DNA from: the human T2T-CHM13v2.0 reference genome, Homo sapiens
Direction: 5' to 3' (one strand)
Length of the DNA stretch: 64,000 bases
Assembly (NCBI RefSeq): GCF_009914755.1
Contig: NC_060946.1
Part shown: positions 58,442 to 64,000 of the stretch, piece by piece
Numbering within the stretch: the stretch's first letter is position 1
Layout of the letters: each line of letters starts with the position of its first letter
Translations under genes and position numbers: made by a program
The notes under the pieces: model-generated
Database searches by the model: none
Told to the model about the DNA's origin: nothing
Seen by the model: the letters and a program-made list of their open reading frames with translations, nothing else

Positions 58442-59854
58442 CTGTGTGAACAAGGAATTCTTTGTCACATCTGTGCTTTGGTCAGTAATAGACCAGCAAG
58501 CAATTCATCCAGTCATCGTGGGCGTGGCTCCAGGAGGACTTCCTGCGTCCATGGAAGGGATCATCCCTGGAGGCATCCCAGTGACTCACAACCTCCCGAC
58601 AGTGGCACATACTTCCCAAGCGCCCTCTCCCAACCAGCCCACAATCACGAGGACAATCGAGAGCACCCCAACGAGAAATAGTAGTGAATGCCAGAAGGTA
58701 ATCATTTTGATACACTTGGGAACAAGGACAGTGAAAAATAGATGAACTAAGAGAAAAAGAATCTGACACTCTTTTTAGCTGATTCTGGACATATGCATCA
58801 TTGATGTTGCAGTGTTAAAACTACAAGAGTTAGAAAGCTGAAGATGTTGTCTGTTTACGGAAGCTCTGAAAGACTAGGGTGTGATTTATTAACGACCAGC
58901 TTCCGTTATTGTGTGTTAAGTTTTTCATCTGTGCGTCAAATCACAAAGAATAAATAGAACTTTTTCCTTTATCAGTCCCTTGGGCACAGCAGGTCAGGAA
59001 AACCCTGCTCAGAATGTTGCATCAGGACTTCAAACATCAAAATAAAAACCATGAGGAGGAAATCCCCATCTTGTCACTTGAGTCCCTTCAGTGTACAGGG
59101 ACTGGTTACAGCTTTTTGCTAATAGGAAGATCACATTATTAGAAAATATGGAGTAAACTGTTTGCCTGTGGTAGACACCTGCACGCATAGGATTGAAGAC
59201 AGTACCGGCTCCTGTAAAGAGAAGCGTCTCTCACATCTGAACTGCATGCTGAGAGGGCAAGTTGGTTGTAAGTTCAGAAAAAGCCTCCGATAATGCAAAA
59301 AAAAAAGCAGTATTAAGTTTCACAAGCTGTTTGTAATCAAAAATATTTTCTCAGTTTCAGATGCTCTGCTATTTTATTGAGTGGAAAGTCTTGCACTAAA
59401 AAGACTCAAGAAAAATAATGTTGCTTTTTCTTATGTCACAAGAAACACTTTTAATGGTAACTTGTCAGATTGTCTATGAACAAATCCACTTTTTAAGACA
59501 CTGATAAAGTCTTCTTCACGTTGTATTTTATACAAGAACACTTCAGATGTATTGGATGTGACTGATGTTAACAAATCCTATTTGATTTGCATCGATTAGT
59601 TACATGTTCTGTTCATAGTCTTTTGTGAATCATTGCCTTTTTGTTTAAAAAGATGGCCTATTTTGATCTTTTGATTAGGTACCTTCCTGTTTTTGTGACA
59701 AAAGAAAAACTTTAAAATTGTCACAAACAGAAAAATAATGGCTATCAGAAGTATGCTTTATTTTAGTGCAAGTTACCGTTACTGTAGTTGTTTATTGTAA
59801 AGATGGACATTTAGCATTCAGTGCAGTTTTCAATAAAATGTAATTAGAAAAAAA
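58440..59854 (+). pseudogene. CTBP2P: 5'-truncated processed CTBP2 pseudogene (C-terminal CDS plus 3' UTR)
   Basis: Translates as NCVNKEFFVTSVLWSVIDQQAIHP-VIVGVAPGGLPASMEGIIPGGIPVTHNLPTVAHTSQAPSPNQPT, then a 1-nt frameshift into HEDNREHPNEK* (TAG 58679-58681), matching the CtBP2 C-terminus; followed by a long UTR, AATAAA at 59832 and a short A-tract. Confidence 0.92.
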
Positions 59855-59859
59855 CTGCT

Positions 59860-62800
59860 TAATTAACAAAAACAGAGCATAGACAACAAAATAATATTAG
59901 AAGTGATACATAAAGAAAATGAGATATCAATAAAAAGATTTTTAGAAACCAACAAAAACTGTGAATCTGAATAACACAATAACTATATTAAAATTTCAAT
60001 CAAGTCACAAAAGCAGACTAATAAAGTAGAAAAAATCATACAATTTATGACACTGTAGTTATAAATACTGAGTCATGAAAACAAATTATTTAAACAGAAT
60101 AGAGAAAAAAATATGGGACGTACTGCACACCATCAAGTAGACCATTGTATTTATAAAAGGAGTCTTAGAAAAAAAATACAGCAGAAAAGTAATAAAGAGA
60201 TTATTTTTAAAAAGTAGCTGAGAAATCCCCAGATGACAAGGTAATTAAACAAGAAGATATACTGCCAAACAAAAACCTTCAACTGGAATAATTTCACTTC
60301 AGAAATAAAAAAAAAAGCCTTTCCAGAATAAATAAAAGTTGAGTGTGTTACTAACCACTAGATCAGTCCTAAAGGAAATGTAAAAGAAAGTCTATCAAGT
60401 CCAAAAATGAAATGATGCTGCACAGCATCATAACAGCATATGAAAATAGAAAGTGCTATATTAAAGGTAAATATACAAACAGGTATAGAAATCTCTACTG
60501 TCATAATGATGGTGCACAAAATTTTCAAAATATTGCTATGGAGTTTAAAAAATGAAGCACAAATCTGCATAAATGTGTGTTCATAGTTACTCAATAAGAA
60601 AAGATAATATGTGATATTAATAACACAGTGGGGGTATGAAAAGGTACAACTTTGCATTCATTTGAAATATGGTTGTTATATATTGTCATAACTGTAAGAT
60701 GATTTATGAAGTCTATTTCTCAAGATGATTACCAAAAATACCTGTAGACCTCTGGTCGTCCTCCCACTGCTACATTCCCACTAGCTCCACCACAGTTTAC
60801 AAATGCCATGGCAATATCAGAAATTTACCCTACATGGTCTTAAAAAAAAAAAAAAAAAGGAGGCATAAATAATCCACCTCTTGTTTAACATATTATCTAG
60901 AAATAACCATAAGAATGGGTTACCAGCAGCCCTTGGGCTGCTCTGTCTATAAAGTAGCCATTCTTTTATTCTTCTATTTTCTTAATAAACTTGCTATCAC
61001 TTTACTCTATGGAGTCGCCCTGAATTCTTTCTTGCACCAGATCCAATAACCCTCTCTTGGAGTCTAGATCAGGACATCTTTCCTATAACAGAAGGATGGG
61101 AAACAACTGGAACCTTCATCAACAGCTGGCAGAGTGTAAACTGATACAGCCACTGCAAAATTTTTAGCAGTATCTCCTAAAACTGTACGCATGCTCTATA
61201 AAGCACTTGCACTCCCAGACACAGATCAAATTAAAGTACACACGTGTGCACCGAAAGGTAAGGACAAGAAAGTTCAGGGCCGGGAACAGTGGCTCATGCC
61301 TGCAATTCCAGCACTTTGGGAGGCCGAGGCAGGCAGATCACCTGAGGTCAGGAGTTCGAGACCAGCCTGGCCAACATGGCAAAACCCCGTATCTACTAAA
61401 AAAAAATTAGCCAGGCGTGGTGGTGGGGACCTGTAATCCCAGCTTCTTGGGAGGCCGAGGCAGGGAGAATTGCTTGAACCCAGGAGGTGGAGGTTGCAGT
61501 GAGCTGAGATTGTGCCATTGCACTCCAGCCTGGGTGACAAGAGCAAGGCTCCATCTCCAAAAAGAAAGAAAGTTTATAATGGCATTACTCATAATGGACC
61601 CAAGCTTGGAAGAACCTGAATGTCAGCCAACAGCAGAACAGATAAACATATTGTGCAATATTAGTAAAGCTGAATGCACACAACAATAAACAAACCACTG
61701 CCATGTGCAACACCATGGATAGAGCTCACAAGCCTAAAGCTAAGAAAAGCAGCCAAAAGAAAAGATCCCACTTATAAAGCGAATAATAGGAAAACTAATC
61801 TATAGTGTAAAAAGTCAGAATAGGAGATACTTTTTGCTTGAGCCCAGTAGATTGAGCTGGGTGTGGCATGTGTGCCTCCTGTCCCAGCTACTCAGGAGGT
61901 TAAGGTGGGAGGATCGCTTGAGCCAGGGAGATTGAGGCTGCAGTGAGCCATGATCATGCCACTGCACTCCAGTTGGGGTGACAGAGCAAGACTCTGTCTC
62001 AAAAGACAAGATGGTCATTTTAGGCCAGGCGCGGTGGCTCATGACTGTAATCCCAGCACTTTGGGAGGCCAAGGCAGGCAGATCACCCTGTCTTGGGAGG
62101 AGGTAAGAGCAGCAACTAAAAGAAAACAGAAGAGAGACTTCTGGGTTGCTGGTCATATCCATTTCTTAGGTGTTAACTATGTGAAAATTTTGAGTTGTAC
62201 GTTCATGATCTCCTTACCTGTATGCCTCTTATACCACAATAAAAAAATTAAGTATGAGACTAACATAATAGAGCTTAAAATGTGCAGAAATTGAGGGAGC
62301 TCGCCCAAGGAAACCATTACTAAACAGATACTAAAAGATTTCAGACAGGAGGAAAATGATCCCAAGTGGAAGATCTGGGATATAAGAAGAAATGAAGAGC
62401 AGGAAAAAGACAGGTGAATATATGGATAAAACTAAACAAATGTGAAATGTATAAAACAATAGAAGTAATGTCCCATGAAATATAAAAAGAAAAATGATAA
62501 AATATATCAAAACAACTTTGATGGATCATAAGATAATTATGCTGAATAAAAAAACTCAATCTCAAAATATTAGACAGTGTGTGGTTTCATTTACATGTGT
62601 TCTTGAAATAAAGTCACAGAGATGAAAAACACATTAGTGGTTGCCAGGGGTCAGGAAGTGAGGAACGTGTTTGTGACTATAAAATGGGTAGCACAAGGGA
62701 TCCATCCTTCTGATGGAACTGTTCTGTATCTTGACGATGGTGATGGTGGTTAGGTATCTAATCTATGTACACGATAAAATTTCATAGAACTAAATACACA

Positions 62801-64000
62801 AAAAAACCTAAAAGTGCACATAAAACTGGTGAAATCTGAACAAGGTAGTTATGCAAGACGTTACCATTGGGAGAAACTGAGTGAAGACTATATTGGATTT
62901 CTTTATTTCTTAAAAGCACCTGTGAATCTGCAATTATGTCAAAACAAAAAGTTGAAAATATACTGTTGTAGCATAACTCAAGAGGAGTTTAATGCAATGA
63001 AAGTATTCTTAAGTTATCCTATCACCCAGGAGGAGGATAAATTTTCAACTTTCATAACTTAAATATGCACATTTAAGTTAGCATGACAGTTACTAAAAGA
63101 ATATAAACAAAGACTAACTTAAAATGACTAGAGAAGAAAAAAAATCCCACCAATTGAAAAGAAGGCAAGAAAGGAAAAAAGAAATATAAGTAGGATAAAT
63201 AGAAAGTGACAAAATGACACAAACACACATGCATGTACATACACACCACTCACCATCTATACAGAATCCAAGTATGTCAGAATACAAATACATGCAAATG
63301 GACTAAGTAATCCAGTTAAAGATGGATAAATTGTTAAAATCCCATTCCATGCTATTTATAAGTCATATTTAAAATACAAAGATATAGAATGATTTTAAAA
63401 GGTATTAAAATATGTATCAGAGGAGCCGGGCTTGGCGGCACATGCCTTTAATCACAGTGACTCAGGAAGCAGAGGTGAGAGGATCACTTGAGACCAAGAG
63501 CTCAAGACCAGCCTGGGCAATATAGCCAAATTCTATCTCTAAAGAAATAAAAACAATTATTTGGCAGTGGTGGCACACATCACTCTAAAGACTGAGGTAG
63601 GAGGATCATTTGAGCCCAGGAGTTTAAGGCAGCAGTGAGCCACAGACACGTCTGTGAACAGCCCCTGCACTATAGCCTGGGCAGCACAGTGGAAAAAAAA
63701 AATACACACACACACACGTGAAAGATACACAGTGCAAAGTCTAACCAAAGTTACTATAGCTATATCATACATAATGTTGAAAGCATACATAAATGAAGGA
63801 AAACATTTCATTTTGATAAAAGTTCAAATTAAAAAAAAAAAGATGTATTTTTTTGAATCATATGCACCCAAGTACAGCCTCAAAAAGCAAAAGTTGACAG
63901 ATGAGGAGACAGACAAATCCATGCTTCTAGTAGGATATTTAATATATCTCTCAGTAAATAAAGTATAAAAATAATTAGGGAGGATGAAGATTTAAAATTA
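59860..64000 (+). mobile_element. Old sense-strand L1M/L1ME fragments with MER41 and Alus (~61278-61570, 61834-62085, 63423-63700)
   Basis: A-rich decayed ORF1, ORF2 and 3' UTR-like sequence (e.g. attagtggttgccagggg…gatggaactgttctgtatcttga). Confidence 0.65.
60746..61090 (+). mobile_element. 5'-truncated MER41-type LTR (MER41A-like)
   Basis: acagtttacaaatgccatggcaa…ttaccct…aataatccacc…aataaacttgct…aaccctctcttgg…taaca. Confidence 0.8.

Noticed and set aside
58446-58745. CTBP2-like ORF as a functional gene
   Set aside because: No ATG or promoter, 5'-truncated, with an internal deletion and a frameshift before the natural stop.
60746-61090. Interferon-inducible MER41B-type STAT1 enhancer
   Set aside because: The tandem GAS (TTCnnnGAA) segment of MER41B is not visible here; the element reads as the MER41A type and is truncated.

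Overview
Primate (most likely human or great-ape) genomic DNA, very Alu-dense, that looks like a juxtacentromeric segmental-duplication mosaic carrying one BAGE-family (B melanoma antigen, cancer/testis) locus on the + strand. From 5' to 3': a 1.3 kb modular pyrimidine-rich repeat (262-1565); a ~590 bp imperfect palindrome (1566-2151) containing the CCAAT-rich promoter and most of exon 1; exon 1 with ATG at 2192 and a donor at 2207, both inside a 20-bp minisatellite; exon 2 (3676-3845), which completes a 39-aa [42 protein letters not shown]; about 48 kb of intron-like DNA (Alus, antisense L1s, L2, Tigger1, Charlie1/2, MER1B, MER20, MaLR LTRs, an RNY1 pseudogene and a 1 kb TGG-type repeat); an exonised antisense Alu (52525-52615); and a KMT2C/MLL3-derived PHD-finger exon (54023-54185) that can read through to AATAAA at 54405. 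At ~58060 the sequence switches to another module: a truncated L1PA 3' end, a 5'-truncated CTBP2 processed pseudogene, old sense-strand L1s and a MER41-type LTR. The BAGE/KMT2C chimera itself is a known system. The observations I do not recognise as described are the mirror-symmetric (potentially bidirectional) promoter, the start codon and splice donors built from minisatellite units, a stop codon overlapping an alternative donor, and a possible exon-skipped isoform encoding a stand-alone PHD finger. Gene and repeat identities come from my recall of the sequences, not from a database search. Repeat boundaries are approximate, and I cannot assign the chromosome or the exact BAGE paralog.
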